Origin: Octopus bimaculoides
Lineage: Eukaryota
Direction: 5' to 3'
DNA: 34,867 bases
Assembly (NCBI RefSeq): GCF_001194135.2
Contig: NC_068998.1
Coordinates: forward strand, 37,994,315-38,029,181
Both the position numbers and the translations under genes were made by a program. Under the pieces are notes generated by a model, which saw only the letters and a program-made list of their open reading frames with translations, ran no database searches and was not told where the DNA came from. Shown piece after piece: positions 10,395-21,212 of this stretch (within the stretch, counting starts at the first letter, position 1; each line of letters starts with the position of its first letter).

Positions 10395-10610
10395 ACCGCG
10401 AGCTGCCAGAATCGTTAGCACGTTGGACAAAATGCTTAGCGGCATTTCGTCCGTCTTTATGTAGAGTTCAAAATCCGCCGAGGTCGACTTTACTTTTCTG
10501 CCTTACGGAGACGACAAAACAAGTGCCACTTGTACACTGGGTCGATGTAATCAACTTAACCAACCCCCCGAAATTGTTGGCCTTGTGCCAAAATTTGAAA
10601 CCATTATTTA
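10395..10610 (+). mobile_element. SINE family C
   Basis: GCGAGCTGCCAGAATCGTTAGC..GAGTTCAAATCCGCCGAGGTCGAC..GGCCTTGTGCCAAAATTTGAAACC. Confidence 0.85.
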
Positions 10611-10899
10611 TTCTGGACCCCATTTCTCCTCTACCATTGGAAATAATTGGAAATAGAGGGAAAGAAGTGGATCTTGTTTAAATTTCTTCCAACCACTTCA
10701 AGTTTATTTTCAAAACATGTAGTTTTTGTGTAGTTTTATATGCTGATGACGAAAATCGCGTTAATTTTTTCTAGAAATTAATAATAAAAAAAAAGAGTTA
10801 CAAGTCATGACTGTTTATCCCCATGGAAACAACGCGCACCCGAAATCATTACGTGGTCTCTAGACCTACAAGAAATAGCGGCCAAATCTTTCTTTAACT

Positions 10900-11239
10900 A
10901 GGAGATTCTTAACCATTTTTTAATCTGTAGACCCCTTTGATTACTATTTTATTCTGGCAGACCCCCATAGCCTTTTGATGTTTAAAAACTAGTTTTATAG
11001 AAACTTCTTTCAAAATTCCTATTTTGATTTTCACACATCAACTTGTGTAGATTGAATTATGTAAAATGCTAGAGAAAGAAACCCAGCTATTTCTTGCAAT
11101 ACATACATCTAAAGCAAAATGTTTTTAAGGGCCCTTAAAATACTATTGTGGATCCCCAATTTACTATTCTGTGGAGTGGAGCCCCCAAAATCTTATATGG
11201 ACTCTCAGGGGCCATATGGACCCCGGTTGAGAACCACTG
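10900..11239. mobile_element. hAT MITE of the same family with a perfect 8-bp TSD (partial copies at about 8335-8525, 20710-20785 and 3690-3737)
   Basis: Right TIR GGTTGAGAACCACTG, degenerate left TIR; TSD CTTTAACT at 10892-10899 and 11240-11247. Confidence 0.85.
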
Positions 11240-11704
11240 CTTTAACTACTACACCATAACGTCAAAAAAAAGAAAAGGATGGCACATTGTGCCGCAGAAC
11301 CGTTTATTTCCTCGCTTGAGACAAGCCTACTTGCTGAGTGTTTTTAATAACATTTAAATTACAGTCAGTCTCCACGGATGTACACTATTTATCGATCAGA
11401 CGACCTTTCAAAACACGGTATTAAATATACTTTCTCTTTTCTAATGGTAAAAAAAAGTGTAAACAAAGCTTAAAAGGAAAAAAAGCGATGGTAGTGGTAG
11501 TGGTGGCGGCGGCAGTGGTGGTGGAGAAAGAATTGGTCACTTGGTTACCAATGTTATTGCATGAAGTGTAGCGTTGATGACGATGATGATGATGGCATTG
11601 ATGGCATTCTTTAATTTCACGAGTAGGCTGTTCCGTTAATCGGATCAACTGGAACCCTCGCCGTCGTAACCGACGGAGTGCCAGTTAGAAAGAGAGAAAA
11701 CAGT

Positions 11705-11995
11705 TGTAAATGATTCGGGAGCGCCAGCTCAGACTGTTTGGCCACGTTGCTCGATTTCCCGAGTTAGACCCTGCTTGCCTTGTTCTCTTCACTGAGGATC
11801 TGGCTGGGTTGACAACTTGTGTTGGTCGATCCACAAGCAACATGGTCACGGCATATAAGGAGGTACCTCACAGAGATGGGGAATGACTGGGGCTCAACTC
11901 GGTGGGTTGCCTTGAAGGACCCGGAAATATACCGATAAATGGTACAGGCAGCAAAGCGCAGCAACGGCGCATGCTCCAACACCTGGCCTGGCCTA
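11705..11995 (+). mobile_element. RTE-like LINE 3-prime end
   Basis: MIRERQLRLFGHVARFPELDPA..GRPQATW (frameshifted), ending in a CCTGGCCTGGCCT repeat tail. Confidence 0.7.
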
Positions 11996-12311
11996 TGACA
12001 TCCAGTAAGTGTTGGAAGAGTCGTGAGTACGATGTAAGTTTATATCCATAGAGATTGACTTTAAGAAAGGTCTGCTCTGATTGAGCAGGCCTTTGATTGA
12101 AAGCATTCCTTCTAAGACCACTGAGTAATTTCTCTCTAGACACGGTGCACCAAGAATCACTATACTAAATGTATTCTCTTCTGTTTGTGATTCAACTGAT
12201 GTTGGACTACTATTTCTAGCATATCGACCGACTATACACAGCTTCCACGTTGGCAGACAGACATGAATGGACCACAACAAAGGATGACACGATGAGGTTT
12301 CAGCTAGGAGG

Positions 12312-12337
12312 GTCACGTGACATGTTTACATAGCAAC
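12312..12337. promoter_or_regulatory. Palindromic E-box (GTCACGTGAC, USF/TFEB CLEAR-like) next to an X-box-like motif
   Basis: GTCACGTGAC at 12312-12321 and GTTTACATAGCAAC at 12324-12337. Confidence 0.5.
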
Positions 12338-12496
12338 GTAAAACGAATTCCGTTACGCACAAAACGGCAATTTTTCAAACCAACAAAGCAATGTCTGCGT
12401 AGTCGCTAGATTTGTTTAAAAATAGTAACTGAATATACCTCAGATCATCCTATCATCATTAAAAAAGACGAACAAAATGAAAAAAAAAAAAGACGA

Positions 12497-12885
12497 GACG
12501 CAGTAGTGGCTGTGTGGTAAGTAGCTTGCTTACCAACCACATGGTTCCGGGTTCAGTCCCACTGCGTGGCACCTTGGGCAAGTGTCTTCTACTATAGCCT
12601 CGGGCCGACCAAAGCCTTGTGAGTGGATTTGGTAGACGGAAACTGAAAGAAGCCCGTCGTATATATGTATATATATATGTTTGTTTGTCTGTGTTTGTCC
12701 CCCCACCATCGCTTGACAACCGATGCTGGTGTGTTTACGTCCCCGACACTTAGCGGTTCGGCAAAAAGAGACCGATAGAATAAGTACTAGGCTTATAAAG
12801 AATAAGTCCTGGGGTCGATTTGATTCGACTAAAGGCGGTGCTCCAGCATGGCCGCAGTCAAATGACTGAAACAAGTAAAAGAGTA
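12497..12885 (+). mobile_element. tRNA-derived SINE family A, full length, CpG-intact
   Basis: A-box-like AGTGGCTGTGTGG, B-box-like GGTTCAGTCCC, central TA/TG microsatellite, tail GCAGTCAAATGACTGAAACAAGTAAAAGAG; many homologues in the window. Confidence 0.9.
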
Positions 12886-13512
12886 GATGATCAGAGCTGA
12901 AACACTTTTTACCATACGTCTTATAGATTAGGGACGACCCAGAGTTGAACAACAACGGCGATGGAATTGCTTAAACCCCAATGATGCTAAAACATCGAAA
13001 GGCGGTGGCTGCCAGCCGAAAATTCTTTAAACGACATTCAGCCATAACTGTTACTAAGGACTGCCACAAATTAGTAATGTCGTAAATTGTTCTGGATAAT
13101 TATCGATGTTAATTTAAAAACTATTTATAATTCTTACAGCCAACAACCATTCGAAATAATAATCTTAAATAACTTTTCATAAATAGATATTGTGTTTTAT
13201 TTTCTTTTGAAAGATCACCTGAATCTTTCAAGGTGTCTCTACGTGGTCAATGGATTTACTGAAAATAGCAGCTACATATAACTTTAAAATCACACGCTAC
13301 TGTTTAAAAACAAGGGAATAAATGACACATTGGATAATGTAATTTTAGATACACAGGCTGAAAAGGAAAACGGGGTGGTCATGCTTGGACTGCCTTTGAT
13401 TATAGGCGTATTATCAGTGCTAAACAACAATAACATATTAGATCGACATCGGACACTTCAAAATAGTTAGTCGTGTTAACAACATTAATGGTAAAGCTAT
13501 ATAAAGCCTCGA

Positions 13513-13526
13513 GTTACTATCGTAAC
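13513..13526. promoter_or_regulatory. X-box-like near-palindrome
   Basis: GTTACTATCGTAAC in unique CpG-containing sequence. Confidence 0.4.
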
Positions 13527-14604
13527 CCCGAACACGGCAAACATCGGACAAAACAAGAAATAATGGTTTTTCATGCACAAAACAAGGAATAATAAAAGCA
13601 AGTGTTTCATTGCTTGGTTTTAGAGCGTACCTACACAAGTGGGCCTACCCCCGACTTTGTTTCCTCACAACTTTCAGTAAAATTGATATTTTTTAATGAA
13701 ATTTTCTATAAATACCTTTCAGATGGCATAGATTATTATTATATCGGAATATCTCTATATTTTTCTACGTATTTCGCAAAAATAAATTGGTGAAAATTGA
13801 AGAATCTGGAAGGTTGTGGGGGAGGAATTAAAATTTCAAAACGCTGGGGTCTTGTTTGTTTTTTTATTTTTATATTTGCAGAAGCAGAATCTCCGTACTC
13901 GAAAATGGGGGATTCTGTAAAAATATTAAAAAAAAAAAAAAAACGAAAGGGGGTGGGTCCATATTCTTTACGTCCGCCCATATATATATATATACTTAGA
14001 ATTTTGAATAAAATTGAAATGTGTGCCAGTATGTTTGTGTTCGCGCCCACCAATTCTTTATTCTTCTTTCACATTAAATTTCGGAATAATCGTAATCTAC
14101 ACTATCTAAAAGGTATTTGTAGAAAATTTCATTTAAAAATATTCATTTCTCTGAAAGTTATGAGGAAACAAATCGGGAAGAGTCGCTCTTGTGAAAGTAT
14201 ACTGAGTTTCATAGAGATTTAAAGCAGTGAATTTAGTAGAGTTAGTTCCACTAAAGACGTGGTCGTTGTCTTTCATGATTTGGGGAGTCCGTAAACACAG
14301 GTGAATTTCAAGAGAAGCAGTTTAGTCAACCGACCAGCTGAATGCTCGACAATGAGTTCAATCACAAGTCGATTCATTTTGCTTTTTGTACTATCGATCA
14401 TTCAGCGGGAAATAAATAGGAGATTGATATAATCGATTAATATGTCCTAGTATGTTGTTCTATAAAAGGAGCTAATTCATAGAATGAGAAAAGCTGGAAA
14501 CGGATCTAAGCATGAATTGATTAAAAATTAACAACAATCAATTAACAACAATCGTATGTTGACTTTGTCGATATTCGACTATAATTTGTTTATACTGACT
14601 AAAC

Positions 14605-14808
14605 ATTCATATTCTTTATTGCCCACAAGGGGCTAAACATAGAGGGGACAAACAAGAACAGACAAACGGATTAAGTCGATTACATCGACCCCAGTGCGTA
14701 ACTGGTGCTTTATTTATCGACCCCGAAAGGATGAAAGGCTAAGTCGACCTCGGCGGAATTTGAACTCAGAACTTAGCAGCAGACAAAATACCGCTAAGCA
14801 TTTCGCCC
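14605..14808 (-). mobile_element. SINE family C (variant tail CCCCTCTATGTTTAGCCCC)
   Basis: Reverse complement of 22489-22690. Confidence 0.88.
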
Positions 14809-14931
14809 TCAAACATAATTAATTCCAGTGGCAAAAATTGATTCTAAAGTAATTTAAATGATGATATTTTATTAGCTTTATAGATCCCAGAGTATAATTT
14901 CAACAGCATTCATATATCGAATTCTCTTCAA

Positions 14932-15313
14932 NNNNNNNNNNNNNNNNNNNNNNNNNNNNNNNNNNNNNNNNNNNNNNNNNNNNNNNNNNNNNNNNNNNNN
15001 NNNNNNNNNNNNNNNNNNNNNNNNNNNNNNNNNNNNNNNNNNNNNNNNNNNNNNNNNNNNNNNNNNNNNNNNNNNNNNNNNNNNNNNNNNNNNNNNNNNN
15101 NNNNNNNNNNNNNNNNNNNNNNNNNNNNNNNNNNNNNNNNNNNNNNNNNNNNNNNNNNNNNNNNNNNNNNNNNNNNNNNNNNNNNNNNNNNNNNNNNNNN
15201 NNNNNNNNNNNNNNNNNNNNNNNNNNNNNNNNNNNNNNNNNNNNNNNNNNNNNNNNNNNNNNNNNNNNNNNNNNNNNNNNNNNNNNNNNNNNNNNNNNNN
15301 NNNNNNNNNNNNN
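14932..15313. other. Assembly gap (others: 9571-9589, 17337-17459, 18522-19492, 21578-22488, 27623-27632, 30192-30884, 32484-32853)
   Basis: N runs, many flanked by microsatellites. Confidence 0.99.
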
Positions 15314-15340
15314 ATATATATATATATATATATATATATA

Positions 15341-15464
15341 CAGGGTGTTCACAAAGTCTGGGTATATGGGGATTAGCACATACTTTAAGAAATTATTATA
15401 TATTTAATTGTTTATGTATTATGATTTTATTTACTCCACATACCCAGAGTTTGTGGACACCCTG
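15341..15464. mobile_element. Tc1/mariner-type MITE, 124 bp, inserted in TA
   Basis: 29-bp TIRs CAGGGTGTTCACAAAGTCTGGGTATATGG / CCACATACCCAGAGTTTGTGGACACCCTG (3 mismatches), TA on both sides. Confidence 0.88.
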
Positions 15465-15532
15465 TATATTTATATATACACATACACATTTTTTTTTTTT
15501 TGATTTATGATCAGAATATGGAAGTGGTAATG

Positions 15533-15568
<36 letters not shown>

Positions 15569-16687
15569 ATGGCTTCTCCCGTCTATTTCGACGTATGAGG
15601 AACCTACAGCCTACGGTTTCACTGGCAATCATAATGCTTATTTAGGGTGAGTTAGCAGACTAGTCACCAATTTTTACTGAGGAAATCCAATTGTTCTAGG
15701 TGATAACTCCACTAAAATAAACATCAGAACGGGCTTCTTTTGCAAATCGTTGGCGGGACTCTAATACCACATTAGATGTTACAAGTATGAGGGTTACGGG
15801 TCAGTGCAGGCGGTATGTTTGCAGCTGCTTTTCTCCGTTGCCCTGCCCTGCACTCCTGAATAGGTTTATATATATATATATACTTAAAGCGTCTTGCTCA
15901 AGATCGCTCACTGTGGCATAGTGGTGTATCCTCTGATGTGACCAGAAATGCTAACGAATGATGGGGTGGGCTGCACGGAAAGCAAGTCCTATCGGGTCCT
16001 GGCTCTGCTATTACGTGGCCCCACTATAATTGCGGATTTCATGCTGAAATAGATCTAATGATCCACTTCAGGACCGACAAAGTGTAAAGTTGATAACCTG
16101 GTCATCACAGAGACGACATGAAGGAGGGACCCTTCAGACGGACAGGTAGATATACATGGCTGTGAAGTCTGACCACGAATGTAAGTGATGGAAGTATTAC
16201 GAGTTGAGAATGTCGGGTTGATGATGTTTATTAGCATACGTAAAGCGGGGGAGATGGATAGGTAAATTATTTGTTTGTTGTTTGAACGAAGGCACAAAAC
16301 GAGAAAAAACTTATTGGAACACCAGAGAATTATGAGAGACGAACGAAATAAAAGATATACTGTACATCGAAGTATGCAATTGTATGTATGTATTAATGTA
16401 TGTGTGTAACTTTTGGCAGGATTTGAGATAACGAAAGTAGAAGGTTCTAGATCGACACATTTTTTTATTAAAGCTATACGTAATTACGAAAATATTAAAT
16501 ATTAAAACAATTTTCTTGTTCTTTTCATTTTCAAAGTGATATTGCAGTTTTTCGTAACTATAAAAACAATTTTATCTAATTTTGTATTCAAATTTTTCGT
16601 TTATGATTTAAATAAACGTTACTTACTTGACCAAAGAGAAATCCTGGTATATTTCCTTGTGGCTACAAAACCTGTCAGGACACGACA

Positions 16688-16729
16688 GTTGCCATAAAAC
16701 GTCGCAGCGCTGTATGTTGTCATAGCAAC
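16688..16729. promoter_or_regulatory. Pair of RFX X-box-like motifs
   Basis: GTTGCCATAAAAC (16688-16700) and GTTGTCATAGCAAC (16716-16729) vs consensus GTNRCC(N0-3)RGYAAC, in unique CpG-containing sequence. Confidence 0.55.
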
Positions 16730-17169
16730 TAGAATAGGCCCGCACTGAATATAATAACATTTCACACGTTGTTTTTGTTTGTTTTAGGCAGAGAAAATAG
16801 GATAGAAAAACGACGAAGTCTTTCTTTATTTCTTTTACTTGTTTCCATCATTAGACTGCAGCCATGCTGGAGCACCGCCTTGAAGAGTTTTAGTCGGACG
16901 AATCAACCCCAGTTCATATTTTTTTTAAAGTCTGGTGCTTATTCTATCGGTTTCTATTGCTGAACCGCTAGGTTAGGAGACATAAATAAACCAGCACCAG
17001 TTGTCAAGATGTAGTGGATCACACATACACACACACACACACACATATATATATTATTCAAAAGAATTCCAACTCTGTTTTTTATGTTTTATTTATATTC
17101 TTATAAAATTAATGTGGGATATAGAATATGAAATTTGTTGTTGTTGTTGGCACTCCGTCGCTGACCAAA

Positions 17170-17336
17170 CACCATTCAATCAATTTTTTTTCTCCGTGTT
17201 TTTCTCCTTGTTTTCTCCGTATTCTTTCTGTTGAAGAGCATAGCTCGAAACGTTAAAGACTTTCTGTATTCCCAAGCGTCAAACTAATACATCTTTTTGT
17301 TGTTTACACCACCTGTCCTCGTCTGTTGTTGTTGTT
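17170..17336 (+). mobile_element. Short non-autonomous Penelope-like (pLTR-like) element carrying the hammerhead motif
   Basis: Homologous to 29995-30125 (minus) over AAAGACTTT...TCAAACTAATACA...CACCTGTC; runs into a gap. Confidence 0.6.
17223..17259 (+). ncRNA. Minimal type-I hammerhead ribozyme motif (Penelope-like element type) with variant core
   Basis: TCTTT-CTGTTGAA-GAGC ATA GCTC-GAAAC-GTT-AAAGA: stem I TCTTT/AAAGA, stem II GAGC/GCTC, palindromic ACGT stem III, predicted GUU cleavage after 17254. Confidence 0.7.
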
Positions 17337-17943
17337 NNNNNNNNNNNNNNNNNNNNNNNNNNNNNNNNNNNNNNNNNNNNNNNNNNNNNNNNNNNNNNNN
17401 NNNNNNNNNNNNNNNNNNNNNNNNNNNNNNNNNNNNNNNNNNNNNNNNNNNNNNNNNNNCGGGCTTCTTTCAGTTTTATTTGTACTAAATCCACTCACAA
17501 GGCTTTGGTCGGCCTACAGCAACAGTAGAAGGTGCAATCTGGTTAGGAATCAAACTTTTTACTACACAGCCACACCTGCGCTTATGTCTAGGCCTTTCGA
17601 TAAGTGACCTTGATGCGGCTTAACAGAACATGTATAGGTCAATGTGCGAAAGAACCACGATAGAGAGCCTATGTTTTATACATAGGTTTGTTACGATAAA
17701 GAAATCAGAAGGGGTGGCGGAGTTGTATCTATAACTTTGCATTTTTTAAAGTTGCCGGCTTCAGGGAAATTGTATAAGAAGAGAATTCTAGAGGAGAGAC
17801 GTTCTGGGAAGAGAAGGCAGGGCATAGTAGTTTGTGCGAATCCATAGGAAATGGAGACATGTATAGGTGATGAAAGAAAAGATGAGTGATAGCGATTTTC
17901 AAGGATTTAATTCCGTGCCGTTGATATTTAAAGTATGGTGTGA

Positions 17944-18200
17944 CCAGGGCCGGTGCTAGGAAGTGCGGGACCCATTAAGAGCATTGTCAGTGGGGGGCCT
18001 CTACTCTACAAAAGCTGAAGATTGATGTTTTATGCTTCGTGTACTACACTAGTCCTAACCAAAAAGCGTTGCTTTTGGTTTGGGCTTGGGACACCATCAG
18101 TCACAATGATATACTAAAAATTCATCATAGCGTCCTCTTCTCGGGCTAGTGCGCAGAGCCCCCTTTTGACGCGAGGTCCAATTTGAACAAATCTGCCTAA
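17944..18200. mobile_element. Possible DNA-transposon (hAT-like) left end
   Basis: Starts CAGGGCCGGTGCTAGG, a common non-autonomous hAT terminus; no matching right TIR found. Confidence 0.3.
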
Positions 18201-18294
18201 TAAGATATCAATTAAGGACTGAAAGACTGTGGCCGGTTTAATCCTACTCCTACCAAATTTCTGACCTGCTGCCTATGTTCTGTAATCTTTTACT

Positions 18295-18521
18295 TGTTTC
18301 GAACGTGAGACTGATGCCATGCTAGGGCACCGCCTTCAAGAATTTTTTAGATGAACGAACTAACCCCCGTACTTCTTTTTTTTTTTTTTTTTTTACCTGG
18401 TACTTATTCTGTCGATTACTTTTGCCGAACTGCTATCTTACGGAGGCGAAAACACACAAACACCGGTTGTTAAGCAGTGATGGGGGATAGACACAAACAT
18501 AGACACACAAGTATATATATA
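18295..18521 (-). mobile_element. SINE family A 3-prime half
   Basis: TACTTGTTTC..GCACCGCC..GGTACTTATTCT..GGGGGATAGACACAAAC is the reverse complement of the family A tail. Confidence 0.75.
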
Positions 18522-19747
18522 NNNNNNNNNNNNNNNNNNNNNNNNNNNNNNNNNNNNNNNNNNNNNNNNNNNNNNNNNNNNNNNNNNNNNNNNNNNNNNN
18601 NNNNNNNNNNNNNNNNNNNNNNNNNNNNNNNNNNNNNNNNNNNNNNNNNNNNNNNNNNNNNNNNNNNNNNNNNNNNNNNNNNNNNNNNNNNNNNNNNNNN
18701 NNNNNNNNNNNNNNNNNNNNNNNNNNNNNNNNNNNNNNNNNNNNNNNNNNNNNNNNNNNNNNNNNNNNNNNNNNNNNNNNNNNNNNNNNNNNNNNNNNNN
18801 NNNNNNNNNNNNNNNNNNNNNNNNNNNNNNNNNNNNNNNNNNNNNNNNNNNNNNNNNNNNNNNNNNNNNNNNNNNNNNNNNNNNNNNNNNNNNNNNNNNN
18901 NNNNNNNNNNNNNNNNNNNNNNNNNNNNNNNNNNNNNNNNNNNNNNNNNNNNNNNNNNNNNNNNNNNNNNNNNNNNNNNNNNNNNNNNNNNNNNNNNNNN
19001 NNNNNNNNNNNNNNNNNNNNNNNNNNNNNNNNNNNNNNNNNNNNNNNNNNNNNNNNNNNNNNNNNNNNNNNNNNNNNNNNNNNNNNNNNNNNNNNNNNNN
19101 NNNNNNNNNNNNNNNNNNNNNNNNNNNNNNNNNNNNNNNNNNNNNNNNNNNNNNNNNNNNNNNNNNNNNNNNNNNNNNNNNNNNNNNNNNNNNNNNNNNN
19201 NNNNNNNNNNNNNNNNNNNNNNNNNNNNNNNNNNNNNNNNNNNNNNNNNNNNNNNNNNNNNNNNNNNNNNNNNNNNNNNNNNNNNNNNNNNNNNNNNNNN
19301 NNNNNNNNNNNNNNNNNNNNNNNNNNNNNNNNNNNNNNNNNNNNNNNNNNNNNNNNNNNNNNNNNNNNNNNNNNNNNNNNNNNNNNNNNNNNNNNNNNNN
19401 NNNNNNNNNNNNNNNNNNNNNNNNNNNNNNNNNNNNNNNNNNNNNNNNNNNNNNNNNNNNNNNNNNNNNNNNNNNNNNNNNNNNNNNNNNNNGGAATTTT
19501 CAGGAATTTTTTTGCGAGTTTGTGTTTTCTCATACAGGAATTCCTACGATATATAAAAATTTGTTTTAATTTTATTATTTTTAACACTCCTCCTCTTCCC
19601 AACTCCTTAAAGTTCCACTCTGCTCTTTTTCAATTTTGTTTTTTGTTTTTTTACATAAGAGTTTAAAATGTGGACTGTCCGAAATTTTTGCTTAAACCCC
19701 AACAATGGACCGCCCTTGGGGGCATCATCATTCCATTAAATGTGTTA

Positions 19748-20680
19748 TTCTAGACCTTGCTTCCATACCTGGAACTTCTTCTCTAGTCCTGGTAGTGATT
19801 CAGCTATAACAAAGTCATCAGCTCAGAAGTGCTCCATAGAGCAGCCTGTCTTAAATTCCTCTGTTATTGCCTGGAGGACTATGATAAACAAGAGGAAGCC
19901 GAGGACTGATCCTTGGTGAACCCCTACTTGTACCCTGAATTCTTCACTGTACTTGTTGCCAACTCTCACCTTACTGGTAGCATCCTGTACATGGCTTGTA
20001 CAACTCTTACCAACCACTCATTTATCATTACTTTCCACATCTGGCTAGCACAGTCACCTGACAGGTAGGTTATCAGATGGCTGGCTAGCTTCCTGAAGTT
20101 AGTGTTGCAAATCAATAGGCTATTTGCATCACAGAACTCCAGTAGACTTGTTCCCTCATCCTTTCAGGAACCAATTCCATGGTCCCCATATACACCATGG
20201 AAGATACCAGGCTGCTGTCCGACATGCCCATTGAATTCCCCAGATGCGAAAATGAGATCATTTTCGCTCGTCTTCAAGGTAGCCTGCAGAAGTATATCAT
20301 AAAAGTGGTCCTGCTTTTCATTTGGTAGGCCCACATGTGGGGCATAGGCAGAGATAATTGTTACTATGCTATTCTGCAAGACTAGCCTGAGCTTAAGTAC
20401 GCTATCACAAACTCTGACTACCTTTATGACCTTATCCACCCATTGCTCTGCAAGAAGTATGCCCACATCACCTACTCCATCATGGTTACATTCCCAGAAG
20501 ATTTTATATTTATGTGTCTTGCCTATGAGGAACATGGCTGAAGCTCCTCTCCACCTTACCTCTTGGATGCAACATACATCAACATACCTCCATTCAAGCA
20601 TCACAACAATCTCGCTAGACCTACTTTTCAGTGTGACTACATTGACAGTGCCTGCTCTAAAAACTAGGAAAGTGACATGG
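19748..20680 (-). mobile_element. RTE-clade LINE relic: AP endonuclease joined to mid-RT by an internal deletion
   Basis: GTVNVVTLKSRSSEIV..VDVCCIQEVRWRG..GVGILL..IISAYAPHVG..GEFNGHVG (APE), then GVHQGSVLGFLLFIIVLQAI and a decayed ADD motif (RT). Confidence 0.92.
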
Positions 20681-20842
20681 GAAGGATAAATGGTATTCAG
20701 CAATGGAACATAAAAGATGTTATGGTTAAGATTTATGCACAATAAATTGGTTATCCTTCTACAATACACAAAATATTTCAATCTTTTATACTTCGTGGTT
20801 CAACAAAAAGACCGATAGAATAAGTACCAGGCATTAAAAAAA

Positions 20843-21212
20843 TTAAAATGAGCACTCAAAGAGCGCAACCCTCCCATAAGGCAACACCAATGTCCTTTCA
20901 ACGATTAGCCAGAGATGATTTTTAAAATGAGAATATCTGAAATAAAATCAACTGCTCTCACAAACAAGAATACTAAAAATGAACCTGACTGCTCTCAAAA
21001 TTTAAGTAAAAAACAGGAAAAATAATCCAGAATCCTTGTCCGTACCGGATCAATCCCAAAATCTAATTAATTCATGCCAGTCACAAGGCCAAATATCCCT
21101 GAAAGTTTCATCTGAATCCATCCAGCAGTTCTTGGGATGTCTTGTCCATGGACAGACAAACAAACAAACACAACTGAAAACAATACCTCCGCCTTCGCTA
21201 AGGCAGAGGTAA
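20843..21212 (+). mobile_element. Non-autonomous Helentron/Helitron2-type (HINE/DINE-like) element nested in a SINE A tail
   Basis: 5-prime GAGCACTCAAAGAGCGCAACCCTCCCATAAGGC, internal GACA/CAAA microsatellite, terminal hairpin TACCTCCGCCTT-CGCT-AAGGCAGAGGTA (21184-21211); SINE A sequence stops at 20842 and resumes at 21213. Confidence 0.62.

Larger units (their letters stand above)
16822..17583 (-). mobile_element. SINE family A split at its central microsatellite by inserted elements and a gap
   Basis: 3-prime half at 16822-17045 and 5-prime half at 17460-17583 match the reverse complement of 12497-12885. Confidence 0.75.
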
